Of a DNA stretch of 64,000 nucleotides, positions 49,011 through 61,931 are shown one piece after another (within the stretch, counting starts at the first letter, position 1; the number at the start of each line of letters is the position of its first letter). Origin of the DNA: Trichosphaerium sp. ATCC 40318 (Eukaryota > Protista > Tubulinea); assembly GCA_038496445.1 (NCBI GenBank), contig JALMLS010000577.1, forward strand, positions 992,001 through 1,056,000, written 5' to 3'. The notes beneath the pieces are model-generated. The model was not told where the DNA came from and ran no database searches. It was given only the letters and a program-made list of their open reading frames with translations. The position numbers were made by a program, and so were the translations under genes.

Positions 49011-52000
49011 ATTTTTATTAGAGTGTTTTTACACTCCGGCTATGTAACCGGAGTTGTCACATGCAACATTGTATGGCTGCTGCTGCTTTTACATTTTTTA
49101 CAAACTGTCCTTTGTCAATGTACACCAAACTCTCGTTTGTGGTTGTACGCAAGCGTACCCACTCCCAATGAATAACAGGTCTTTGACGTAACAGAAAAAT
49201 CATTTCATCTCTAACGGTATACCACGCCTGTCGTCGCTTTGGTCTTACTGAAAATCTCCATGGACGATTCTTTTTCCTTACGTTTGATGTCTTTACCCAT
49301 CTAAGTACTGGAGTTAGTCTTGAAAACAATTTACGTTCAATTCAGAGGCTGTAGTAGTCATCAAAAACCTCTGGCGTATTTTTTGTAGTTATTATTCACT
49401 TGCCTTGTGAACGATTTGTACATATTGTACGAACCCTTTGATGATACATTGTGTCGCTTTGTTTTTTCACTCATGAATAAGTTGACCGCGAACAAGAAAA
49501 ATCTTGTGTCCCTTGGAGAAAGTTAGTTTTGAACCCGAAATAGTCAACAAGAAATCGGTTTTGGTTGGAGCAACTACCAAACGGAGAAAAATATCCACGG
49601 ATTAGCAACGCACCATACGTGATATTCATGTTGAAAAGCACTGGAAGCTTTAGAGGCTCCGATACCAAGGAGTGTGGCAAGAACAAGAGCATTGAGTACA
49701 GGCTTTGTATTATCGCCAAAAAATCGTGATATTGCGTTTGAGTAGCTGATAGAAAATTCCTATAGGAGTGTTAGGAAGGCTAGAAACGTGATATGAAACG
49801 AGCCAAACTATAAAAACGTGACTGGACAAACTAAGATACAGGTACTACACGTCATAACGCTGTAGTATAGCAATGCTATGGTTGTCTGCACGAAGGAATA
49901 AAACTTTGAAATAGGTAATTTAAACAACTAATTCGTACTTTGTGGTTTACTGTTGTATGGTGTAGATATCTATCAATAGGCAGGGTATGGGATCTTTTAT
50001 TGTCTCTTCGCATTTGTAATAGGTGAGGGTCTATACGCTGTACCCTTGGTGTAGCATGGAGCCGACGGGTTTTTTGCAGTTGTGTTGCTGGTTCCTTTTT
50101 AACTTGCGGTTCTGGGTCAATATGTAGCCTTCTCGGACCGTATTGCAGAAAATCATTCAAACTGTTGAATAGTATGACCTCCTCGTGATGCATAAGGTGT
50201 TTTATTTCAATTCAATTGTGCTTATGTGAATGTTTACACGAATGCATTTTGAACTAAAATAAACGTGTTATCAAAACGTCTAAAGGGGAAACTGACAATG
50301 GAATGTATGACGGAAAAATATGCGTCACAGCACGGTATTTCTTAGTGAGTGATACACATCGCCTACATAGCACTAACTGAGAGCATCTTGCGGAACTTAA
50401 TGCAGTAAAAAGTTGACTTTGTGCAGTACATGTCTCATTTTAGGACCTACATTTTCTCTCCCTAACACAGCAACTCAAATTATGCTACACGCTACAGCAC
50501 CAGTTATTATCCACCACCGGGTATGTTACGGATCTCGGATAAACTGTATTTTAACATTGTTCATATAACGATTACCAATATGTTTCTAAGTGTTAAACTG
50601 TTGTTTATGGTGGAGGCGAACAAGAAGCTGAAATGTCCATGTTTTTGTCGGGGGAGTTTTTATTTTCTTTTGCAAGGCAACCGTAATAGTTTTCTGAACC
50701 GTTATTTGCACAAGTTTTTTGGGAGTCTCAAAGTTATGAAATGTACAACTGAAACTCATACTATCACGTGTTTTTAAATTCGTTCGACAATTTTGTAGAT
50801 TATTTGTGTACGATTTTATTTCCCTGTAAACAGAGAAAATTAAAAACTGAGAATAGCTTTCAATACCTTGCTACGACTTACAATTATTCGATACGTCCAA
50901 AAGGGGTCAAATCTCAAACAGAGTAGTGTAACGAATTTTGAAGCCGTGTTAAATTTTAAAATGTCCTTCTTGTGTTGACGTTTGATGTCAACCACTTGAA
51001 TGAAGTGTAAAGAATGCGTGCGTACAAAGTTTATTTTATTGTTGTTTGGTACCCGCCCGTTAGTTTATTACTAACGGTAGTCAAATTCTTCTGTTTACTG
51101 CAGGCTCCTTAGATGAGAAAAAAAACCAACTGTGCATTATGATAACCAAAAAAAAACATGTGTACACTGCGTTTCCTGCCATTTTCAAAACTTATTCTAA
51201 CCCCGCAGTATTACCATAACTGTTATTAGAATAAGTTGCATGCAGTTAAGTAGACAAAAGGTTTTTATCCGGACAATTGAGACGAGTTAAAAAAACTGCC
51301 AAGCATAAGGTTTTTACTACCACCAGTGGTCGTATCGGTGTATTACCCACAGGGATGAAAAAGATATGTATAAGTATTTTAGTCGAAGTATTGAGCTTCA
51401 GTGGCATCTTCAACAAGCTTGCAAGTACAGAAAGGCGTCAGTGTGTCAAAACAGAGTGAAGTAAAAGTGAAAATTAGTTCATTATTTCTCTACACTAGGC
51501 AGGTAAACACAGGCCTTACTCTATACCCTCATTTCTGTAGATGGTATTTACTATCAGCTTAGCACCACACAAGACTAACCGCAAGCGCTTTTTGTTATTG
51601 TCAGGCGCGTGACAACCGCCTTAGCGCCTCTACACTTTGCTGGAGCATTTTGTACATTTTTTATCGGTGTATGAACTGAGTACGCTTTCCATTGCTACAA
51701 TGCTATTAATTCGATAAAAGATACATTATAATACAATACAACAATAGAAAGAACGAAAAATCTTCAGTAAGCGTTATCGCAAACTTTTTTTTTTTTTCTT
51801 TGTGATTTTGTAAGAAAAACATAAAACGGCCTTAAATAGTATTGATGAAATGCAAACAACCGTATAGAGTTAGTCTAGGATGCGTCATTTGATATTTCTA
51901 TTCTCCTAAAACCCCTTTCCGTACTTCGCAGGATTCAAGGGTATGTGATCCATTCCCAAACTCCTGAACTAGAGTCTTTCGTTCGAATACCAGAATTCTG

Positions 52001-52170
52001 CATTTTAGGAAAAAAACTGGCGTGTATCGCTTCCCAGGTGCTCTAGAAATTATTTAGACTAATTTCATCTAAAAACCATTCCTCAAACAAATATTAGGCT
52101 TCTTTTTTTTCAACACAACTTTTATCACGTGATGTGGCGATAGAATACTTTACACGTTTCGAGATCGGTA
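49000..52170 (-). repeat. ~3.1-kb cassette copy 3
   Basis: Colinear conserved blocks shared with the other copies. Confidence 0.85.
49057..50193 (-). CDS. Orphan 4-exon protein, cassette copy 3
   Basis: Same exon structure and intact reading frame. Confidence 0.8.
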
Positions 52171-52875
52171 ATCTAGAGTGGCTCGGTACTGCTAAACAAG
52201 CGCCTTCTTCTTATGGATAGTCTATCTAACCAGTCGAACAATACAAAAGTGCATGGTACTAATAATAAATTTTGAAGGAAGTTTCTTTCTGTTGATTTGT
52301 CGTCTTACACAACATTGCATTTCCCTATGTAATTAGTACTTTTTGATAGAAAAAGAGCTATAACTTTAAAGCGAGAATACTTGGACAAACCTGTTTAGAG
52401 CATGATAACTGCCAAATAAGAAAGAAATAAGAAAAATTAAGCCCTTACCAGTCTCCTTCGACAAAACCAGGATGATTTGTTATAGTGCAAAAATCACCAA
52501 GATGGACATCAGCTTTTTTTCGTTATGTTGAAATAATTCTTGTCACATCTCCAATTTCAATATGTCAAGCTCTCTTTTGAGATCTGGTTGACAAACGGAT
52601 CAAATCTTTTCCATCAAAGCAACTGGGAGAACCTGCATTAAGTGTAGTTGTTATGGTTTACTTCCAGGGCTTTAATTTGTTGTTTGATGGATTACATGGT
52701 TTGAAAGCCTTACTACTCGTTGTTCTTTTTTGAGTCGTTAGCTTAAGTGCAATTACGTTGACGCCCATTCGATGAGGGTTCACTGACAAACGCATCTAGA
52801 ACATGATCTAGTAAGGACTCATAGTGTACTTAAAGTAATCTCAAAAAAAAAGGTATTTATTGGATGTTGAAACTA

Positions 52876-53373
52876 TCAGATATCACGTGTAGCAATGTAC
52901 ATTTTTACTCCATGTTGCATGTGATCTCCAGTGACCTTAAACCCTCTCCCTTTATAAAATTCTTTAGCCTTTGCAGTCTCCAATACAGCTTGTTTACATC
53001 CTTCTTTCTTGCCGTACTGGATACAATGTTCTAAGAGTTTACTTCCGTAACCTTTGCCTTGATGTCCAGGTACAACAGCCAAACTTGTTATACACAAAAC
53101 CTTTCCGTTTGGATCATGAGTTTCATGAGGCGATTCATCTAGTGTTGGTATACGCATTTTAGGCCATTTTTCTGATGTTATGTAACCTAGAAACGTTGGA
53201 GTCTTATCTTTTTGCTCTTGTGGCTCGTATAAGATAAAGCAACCGTTATTATTTACTTTTACGCGTTCTGTTATTATTTTAGGTAGCTCTTCGGTCCCAT
53301 ACGGTGAAAATACGAGATTATCGAGCTTTATTAGTTTTTGAATATCCTCTGGTTGGTCTGCTACGCGTATCAT
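52876..53373 (-). CDS. GNAT-family N-acetyltransferase, intronless
   Basis: LCITSLAVVPGHQGKGYGSKLL (motif A) and AKEFYKGRGF. Confidence 0.9.
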   Translation of the reverse strand: MIRVADQPEDIQKLIKLDNLVFSPYGTEELPKIITERVKVNNNGCFILYEPQEQKDKTPTFLGYITSEKWPKMRIPTLDESPHETHDPNGKVLCITSLAVVPGHQGKGYGSKLLEHCIQYGKKEGCKQAVLETAKAKEFYKGRGFKVTGDHMQHGVKMYIATRDI

Positions 53374-53736
53374 TGTATATAGGCGACTTTGCTTTTATTC
53401 AGGTCAAGATTCCCGTTGACGGCCGGTTTGTACAAGTTTTATTTGAATAATTTTACTTCTCCATTCATCAAGTATTGTACTCCCACCATTCCACTTGTCA
53501 CCAAGGGCCCAGTTTGTCGCAGAGCAGAAAATGTGCTAACTTAAGCGTTTATGTCAGCGTTAAGGAAGGTCAGAATGAAACTACGCTGTAGCTACAAAGG
53601 TGAAATTCGTTTTTTTTCGCTAATTAAATTGTTTTATGATAGAGTAAAAGTGCAAATGGTTGTCATCCTTTGATAAACAACCAGGTGACTTTAAATCAAT
53701 GCAACAAGGCTACTGTTACAATTAGACTTTTATATT

Positions 53737-55206
53737 TTATTTCAGTGGTACAATAACTGTTTTACTAGGCTCTCCTTTTGCATAAATACGCTCTACTCCA
53801 GAGACCAGATACGCTACATTTCCGGCAATCACGTGTACTTCAGGTCTTTCACGTCTTATAAAACTGATTGCACCAGTTTTTAATGGAACAGTCGTATTAT
53901 AAGCGATTGTTGTACTCAGTTGCCAGTTGATCATGTCCTACAACCAAAAATGAGCAACTTATGAAAGCTTATAAGTGATATGATTACACATACCTTTGAG
54001 TAAGCATGCCCACCAGAGTTTGGGTTTAACGGTGTGTCATCAAAATTTACTGTTTTGTAATGAAAAATAATATGAAAGCCTCTGTTTGTTTTATACAAGC
54101 TTGCATCTTCAGCGAATGCCTCCTCCCAAATTGGAACCTTTAGTACACGATATGTTTCGTCGGTCCAATGGTTAGCTATAGCTATACCAAGGTGCTCCGC
54201 TAAAAAATATTAGATGGAATGCTAGTTTGAAAAATCCCAATTAAAGTACCTGTAGGATTGTAAAATGTTGCAGTAAACACGAGGAGTATCGAACCGTTTT
54301 GCAGTTGAAGTGGCGCAGGATTACAATTTGATGTATCCCACGTTGTTTTAGGCTCAACCGAAAACTTGTGAATTGTCCAAGGCCCATACAAACTAAATTA
54401 TCAGGTAACAATTCTTCTACAGTTTTTTGTTGTAATATACCTTTTACTAGATGCTATCGCTGGATATTCACCTTCTTCTGTTGCTCCTGGAGCATAAAAT
54501 ACTTCCGCAGTAGGTAGATCAGTTATATTGCTACTCCTTTGGCCAGTACAGGGAGTGTCCGGTTTTTTAGGACCAAGGTGATAATGATATAAAAGATACG
54601 TTCCATCTTGAGCACGTATAATATGTGGATTTATATTAGAAGCGCTCAGCGTCACTTCCTTAAAATAAAATGGGCCTTCAATACTATCACCAACAGCATG
54701 TGCAATAACTGCATTATATTCATGGTTTTCAGTAATAGCAGAACAAACAACATCAACCAACAAGTGATATTTTCCGTCTTCTTCAGCTCTTATTATAGAA
54801 CCGCCCCAACTAGATATCACGTGATTAATGACTAAAAGCTGTAAAAAAAATTATGACTTTACTAACGTTGATGCAGTAAGGCTCTTATTTTTGTTTGGGG
54901 GCAGTTCTTGGTTTGGATAGATTATTTCGCCTGGAAGTTGGTTTAGCGCTCCACAGCTTTAATAAATTAGCTTTTAAATAATTTTTATACAATATATAGA
55001 CGTACTCTGGGCCAGTCCAACCTTTATCACAGACGCAATTGCCGTTTGAGCAAAAACCGTTTAAGTTACAGTTCTCATCAGTTATACACGCTTTCCACGC
55101 GTAAATATAAGTGTTCATACAGAATTAACGTACAGGCAGCGTGTACTACCAAAAAAATCAGAATCTGTATCCCTAGTACTCTAAATAACTTTATCGAGCA
55201 ACACAT
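53737..55206 (-). CDS. Secreted EGF-like + beta-propeller glycoside-hydrolase-like protein
   Basis: Signal peptide; CITDENCNLNGFCSNGNCVCDKGWTG; SSWGGSII..DGKYHL; NPHI; NPAP; RRERP. Confidence 0.6.
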
Positions 55207-55335
55207 TGCGGTAACGCGAGGCGTTTCCAATATTGTAGAATAAAGAAAACCAGCTTCGAAAGTCAATATCGTTCAAAACTGGTTTTTTTCAAATTCCCGC
55301 TGTAAAATAACCGCAACAATCAGAAATACTTCCAA

Positions 55336-57980
55336 ATGGCTATTACATTGGAAGTGCTCATGCAGAGCGTTAAGGAGAACAATATTAACGTAAATAAGAG
55401 AGTTTTAGTTCGTCATCAAAAGCCAAAAATTGATTTTTTGTTTTTTAGGGACGTACTGGTTCTCCTACGCGATTAAGATTTCCTCGTAAAGCGCGATCGC
55501 CTATGAAACACGATATGTTCTCATCCGTTATAAAATCAGAAGTATTCAAAAAAACTCCTCCTCGCAAGCCACGTAATCGTAAAAGGCGTATTACACTCGA
55601 TAGTAGTGAAGTTGCTTTTCGTAATTCAACATACAAGGTAAGTCCAATTTGATCAATCGCAATACGTTCCAATAAGTGTGAATAAGCGAATACAGACATT
55701 ATTGATCAACGCTTTTTCTGGTTTTTGAATCTCCCTTTTTGTTTTGGATGCGTGTTGCTAAATTAAGTTTAGAAAGCCCTGCGTGATACCCTTACGCCTA
55801 GTAAAACAGTAAAACGGAGGTTTTCAAGCCTAAGGAAGAAATTTAGCAAGGTAAAACCCGAAAAAATAGAAAAAAGGGAAAAACGCAAAAAGCAAACAGC
55901 TTATTTTGCTTGAGTTCGGAGTTTATGGGTTTCTATTAATATGAACTACAACTATATGCTTACTATTTATAGGAATCAATTAGACCTGTATTTGGTACTT
56001 CGTTGGCACACGTGATAAAAAATCAACACACGTGTGGTAACGTATCAAATATCCCAGCAATTGTACAACAATGTATTGATTACCTCGTACCAGCCAAATG
56101 TACGCCTTGACGTTTTTGATGTCAAAATACAAAGCTTTATACGTACTGATGTATTTAGTGAACACTGTTGGTCTATTTAGAGTACCTGGTGACGTAGAAG
56201 CAGTTCGTAAACTAACATCAGCTACAGATGCTTGTACGACTTTCTTGATTATTATGTTAAATATGAGAAGTATTGACACGTTTGTTCTAGGCCGTGAGCC
56301 TGATTTTGGTTCTGTTCAAGTTCATTCTGTAGCTTCTCTTATTAAAAAGTACATAAGGGCTCTTCCTGAGCCTTTACTAAGTTCAAATCTTCGAGCTGAA
56401 TTTCTCTCTACGTGTACGTTAATGAACTTGTTTACGGTTCCTAGTATTTTATTTATGAGCTTCTAGGTGAATTAGATAATGAAGATTCGGAAGCTATCAC
56501 ATTATACCTTATTGGTATCATAAAGGAGTTACCTACACTCAACTTCTATCTTCTTAAAGTGCTCATTGAGATGTGCACCAAAGTTGCAAAAAATAGTGAC
56601 GTGAACAAAATGACAGCAAAAAATTTGGGTGTTGTATGGGGATTAACTCTTTTTGGTGAACAGCATATTCCGCCACTGGAACTATTGAGCATCACGCCTA
56701 GACTTAACAAAGTCGCAACACTAATGATAGAGAATTACGATGTATTATTCAAGGCAAGTCGAAAATACTTAATTTTTTGTTGAACACATGTTGTACATAT
56801 CTTCACTCTTATACTCATGTTTGTCTGGTTTACCTTTCTCCGTACGATAATTATTTTCTTATTAATTCTATTCAGGAACGTACACTTCCTTCTTTAGCAC
56901 TTGACAGTATAAACGAGAAGGTACCAACCTTTTTTTTAAACAGTATCCACGAATCACTAGAAAACGATTTTCATGAATTGTTTTGGCCATCTCCCACGAA
57001 ACTTATGGCTATATCTAAGCTCCTCTCTCTGTGTTTAACATATTATATAGGAAGAGTCAAAGGGCGCAGTCCCAGCTCCTTCAAGCTGGCGTAATTCTTT
57101 GCGATTAAAGGTAAGCTCATACGAAATGAAAGTGATGAAGTTCTTGCTAATATGTTTCTTGTAGAATATGGGCTCACTTCATAGAAGTGTTTCTCAAGTA
57201 TTCAAAAAAGGACGCTCTGGAAGTCATAAGAGGAAATCAAGTGCGTTGAAATGATGCCAATGCGCATACCATTCCAAAAAAAGCGATTTCTTGCTGACAA
57301 TCTTTATTCAGGTGGTGACTTTGAGACTATTAATGCGATTTCTACTGAATCGGCACCACCGAGAGTCCATAAAGAAATAGTCTCATTACGGCCTGCGTTA
57401 CTTCTATACATAAATACAGATGAAACATCATCATGTAGAGCTTTAAATTTAATTGAAAGAATGCAAACAAAGATAGTGAAGATGTGTAATGAGAAAAAAT
57501 CTGAGCTGTCATCTAAGGAAGTTCTAAAGTTAGCCAAGGAAGCATCTTCAGTTTACGTCTGCAAGGCACGTGATAACAAAAAAATACCGTTTATTGAATA
57601 TCATGCACGCACGCGGATGCTAATTTTTTATGGTACAGGGCGAAACCGTTGAGAGGCATTCAATGTCCAAGTTGAAAGGAGAACTTTCAGAGAACGTATG
57701 TTCATTTCGTTTTCACTTTTTTTTCGTTTTCTAAATTGGATAACCTTTATCTAGTCCGCTGATGCATTAAATAACAACCTTGAAAATATTATACTACGCG
57801 ATGATAAATTACGTTCGCCAATCTTAATCACAGAGGTATGGAATCTCATGAGAAAGTTTTTGATATTTTTTTATGTAACAAAAAGCTCTTACTTACGCTG
57901 GCAAAATATAGAGGTCAATGGTTGTAGGCTATAATAAAAGATACTGGCAAAGAGCATTAACGTCTCAAGCCAGGTCATAG
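55336..57980 (+). CDS. RhoGAP domain protein
   Basis: IPAIVQQCIDYL, VGLFRVPG (arginine finger), VASLIKKYIRALPEPLL, NKMTAKNLGVVWG. End approximate. Confidence 0.9.
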
Positions 57981-58169
57981 ACCCGAATGGGCTTTTTTTT
58001 AAGAAAACTGTACAATGTATAATAAATAAATAAAAGAGTTGTAATAAATTGATAAACGGCATTCTTTATTATTAGTACCATGTACTTTTTGTATTGTTCG
58101 ACTGTACAGGTGTTATATAGACTATCCATAAGAAGAAGACACTTGTTTAGCAGTACCGGCACTCTAGTT

Positions 58170-61100
58170 AGTAGAAAGGACCCAATCTCTCAAAAGCGTG
58201 TAAAGTATTCTATCACGTGATAGCAGATGTGTTGGTTAAAGAGCCAATATTTGTTTGAGAAATGGTTTTTAGATGATTATAGTCTAAATTCTGTCTAGCG
58301 CACCTGCGAAGCGATACACACCATTTTTTTCCCAAAATGCAGAATTCTGGTATTCGAACGAAAGACTCTGGTTCAGGAGTTTGGGATCGATCACAGCCCC
58401 CTTGAATCCTGCGAAGTACGGAAAGGGGTTTTAGGAGATTAGAAATATCAAATTATGTGTACTAGAGGTCCTCTACGCGGTGGTTTGCATGTCAGTACTG
58501 TTTAAGGCCGTTTTTTCATGTTTTTCTTACAAAATCACATAGAAAAAAAAAAGTTGCGATACCGCTTACCGAAGATTTTTCGTTCGTACCGTTGCTCGTA
58601 TTATTACGTATAGGTCTCCTTTATCGAATGAATAGCATTGTAGCAATGGAAAGCGTACCCAGTTCATACATCGATAATATCTATTAACTACGCTTCCGTC
58701 GCAATGGTAGACGCTAAGGCAGTTGTCAGGTACCAATAACTACAAGGGCTTGTGTTTTGTGTTGTGAATTACTTTTCTGATCGGAAATACTACCATCGGG
58801 AATGAAGATCTAAACCAAGGGCATCGTTGTGTTGAACTGTTTGGTTCTAGAGAAATTCTTACATTACACTTTTCTTCATTCTGTTTTGACATGCTGACGC
58901 CTTTCTGTACTTGCAAGCTTGTTGAATTGAAGATGCCACTGAAGCTCAATACTTCGACTAAACTACTTTTAGATATCTTTTTCATCCCTGTTGGTAACAC
59001 ACCGATACGACCAAAACGCTGTGTTTGTAGTAAAAAACTTCCGTTTCGTTTTTTTTTAACTCATCCCAGTTGTACCTTTTGTACTGCTTTAACTGCATGT
59101 AGCTTATTCTACTAACCGTTATGGTAATACTGCGGGGTTAAAATACGGCAGCAAATGCAGTGTACACACGTTTTTTTGGTTATCATAATGCAGAGATGTA
59201 AATCTCAAATAAACAACTATTACAAAGGAGTCTGCTGTACAAACAGAAGAGTTCTACCGGCGTTAATAAACTACGCTCCAAAAACAATAAAATACACTGT
59301 ATACGCACGCACTGTATACACTCACTCAAGTGGTTGACATTACACGTCAACACAAGAAGGACATTTTAAAATTAAACACGTTTCAAAAAGAATGTATCGC
59401 TAGATTTGATGACCCAATTTGGACGTACAGAATAATTATAAAAAGGTATGGAAAGCTTTTCTCTTTTCTCGTCCCATATGAAAATATAAATCATTCACAT
59501 ATTCAACAGAATGGTACAAACGAATGTAGCAACAATCACACGTGATAGTTTGAATTTTTCTATGGTTCATAACTTTGATTTTCCCAAAGAACTTGTGCAC
59601 ATACAAATAATGGTTCAGAAAACTATTACGGTCGCGTTGTAAGGAAATAAAATCACCCCGACAAAACATGGACATTTAAGCTTCTTGTTCCGCCTCCGCC
59701 ACTACAAAACATTCAAAAGGAAGAAACAATATTGTTCCGAGCCCATTAAATAGTTGAACACTTAGAAATATAAATAGTTAGTGAACAACACACGTTATCC
59801 GAGATCCGGAATGAACCCAGGGGTGGATAATAAATGGTGCTGTAGCGTAGCATAATTTGAGTTGCTGTGTTTGGGAGAGAAATGTAGGTACTAAAATAAG
59901 ACATGTACTGCACAAAGTCAACTTTTTACTGCATTTAGTTCCGCAAGATGCTCTCAGTTAGTGCTATGTAGGCGATGTGTATCACTGTCTCGGAAATATC
60001 GTGCTGTGACGCGTATTTATTCATCATATTCCACTATGACGTTATCAGTTTCCCTATTAGTTGTTTTGACAGATGTAACACGTTTATTTTAGTTCAAAAT
60101 GCATTCGTGTAAACATTCACATGAGCACAATTGAAACGAAATAAAACTTAGAATGCATCACGAGGAGATCATATTATTCAATAGTTTGAATGATTTTCTG
60201 CAATACGGTCCGAGAAGGCTACATGTTGACCCAGAACCTCAAGTTAAAAAAGAGCCAACAAAGGAAACTCAACATAAACCAACAATACAGCTTCAAGAAA
60301 ACTGTCGACGCCATGTTGTAACGAGGGTAAAGCGTATAGACCCTCACCTATTACAAATTCGAAAAGACACTAAGAGATCCCATACCCTACGCATTGATAG
60401 ATATCTACACCATACAACAGTAAACCACAAAGTACGAATTAGTTGTTTAAATTACCTATTTCAAAGTTTTATTCCTTCGTGCAGAACCCATAGCATTGCT
60501 ATACTATAGCGTTATGACGTATATTACCAACACCCTAGTGTCTCTAGTCATGTTTTTATGGTTTAAAGCTTCGAACCGATGTTTCATATCGTGTTTATAG
60601 CCTTCCTAACACTCCTGATAGGAATTTTCAATCAGTTACCCAAACTCAATATCACGATTTTTTGGTAATAATACAAAGCCTGTACTCAATGCCCTTGTTC
60701 TTGCCACACTCCTTGGTATGGGCGTATCTAAAGATTCCAGTGCTTTTCAACATGAATATCACGTATGGTGCGTTACCGATTGAACGGGAATATTCTTAGC
60801 TTGTTCGGGGTTAAAACTAAACTTTCTCAGGGACACGAGATTTTTCTTGTTCGCGGTCAACTTATTCATGAGTGAAAAAACAAAGCGACACAATGTATCG
60901 TCAAAGGGTTCGTACAATATGTACAAATCGTTCACAAGGCAAGTGAAATAAAACTTCAAAAAACCTAACTATTTGTGCCACAGTTTTTTTTGATGGCCAC
61001 TACAACTTCTGAATTGAACGTAATATTGTTTTTAAGACTAAATCCAGCGCTTAGATGGGTAAAGACATCAAACGTAAGGAAAAGGGATCGTCCATGGCGA

Positions 61101-61330
61101 TTTTTAGTGAGGCCAAAGCGACGACAGGCGTGGTATACCATTAGAGATGAAATGATAATTCTGATACGTCAAAGACCTGTTATTCTTTGGGAGTGGCCGT
61201 GCTTGCGTACAACCACAATCGAGAGTTTGGTGTACATTGACAAAAAGCAGTTTGTAAAAAATGTTAAAGCAGCAGCAGCCATACAATGTTGCATGTGACA
61301 ACTCCGGTTACATAGCCGGAATGTAAAAAC
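58170..61330 (+). repeat. ~3.1-kb cassette copy 4 (inverted)
   Basis: Reverse complement of the same block series. Confidence 0.85.
60153..61298 (+). CDS. Orphan 4-exon protein, cassette copy 4 (inverted)
   Basis: Same exon structure and intact reading frame. Confidence 0.8.
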
Positions 61331-61931
61331 TCAAAAAGCAATAAAAAAATTGTACATCATAAGATAACGGTATAATGAGTTCAAACGTGCATATGAGGCT
61401 AATCTATCGTACATCCACACGTGCCAGAATAACACAAAAACACTATAATTTTAACTTTGTTGGACAATATTTCGATGATACTATGTTGTATGGAGTTAGA
61501 GGTGGTCGTGGTCCCGGTTAACTGACGGCTAAGAAACTCAGCGATTACAAAGTGATAGAATTCATCATGAGACAACTCTACACAGACAAGAAACCTCTCA
61601 TTTCCGGAAACTGAAGCATTAGAATTAAAAAAAACAGGGAAAAACGTGAGTTGCAGTCACTACTTACCTTCAAACTCAGTTTGATCAAATGAAAAGAAAT
61701 ACCTAGCTTCAGATCCAGTTGCATTTGCCAAATCGTAAAGGTCTGAAATTGACGCCTAGAGGAAGTTAATGTTGTGTTAGCACGTGCTCCGCAAATCAGA
61801 TGCACGTGTGTTTGTAGTGCGAATTAAAAAGTGTAACGACATAGGTACCCGAAAGCGTGACTTTTCAGCAAATAAGTACTTGATCATTTTTCGCTTGCTT
61901 CTTTCGAAATACTCTTCCATATTCAAGAACT

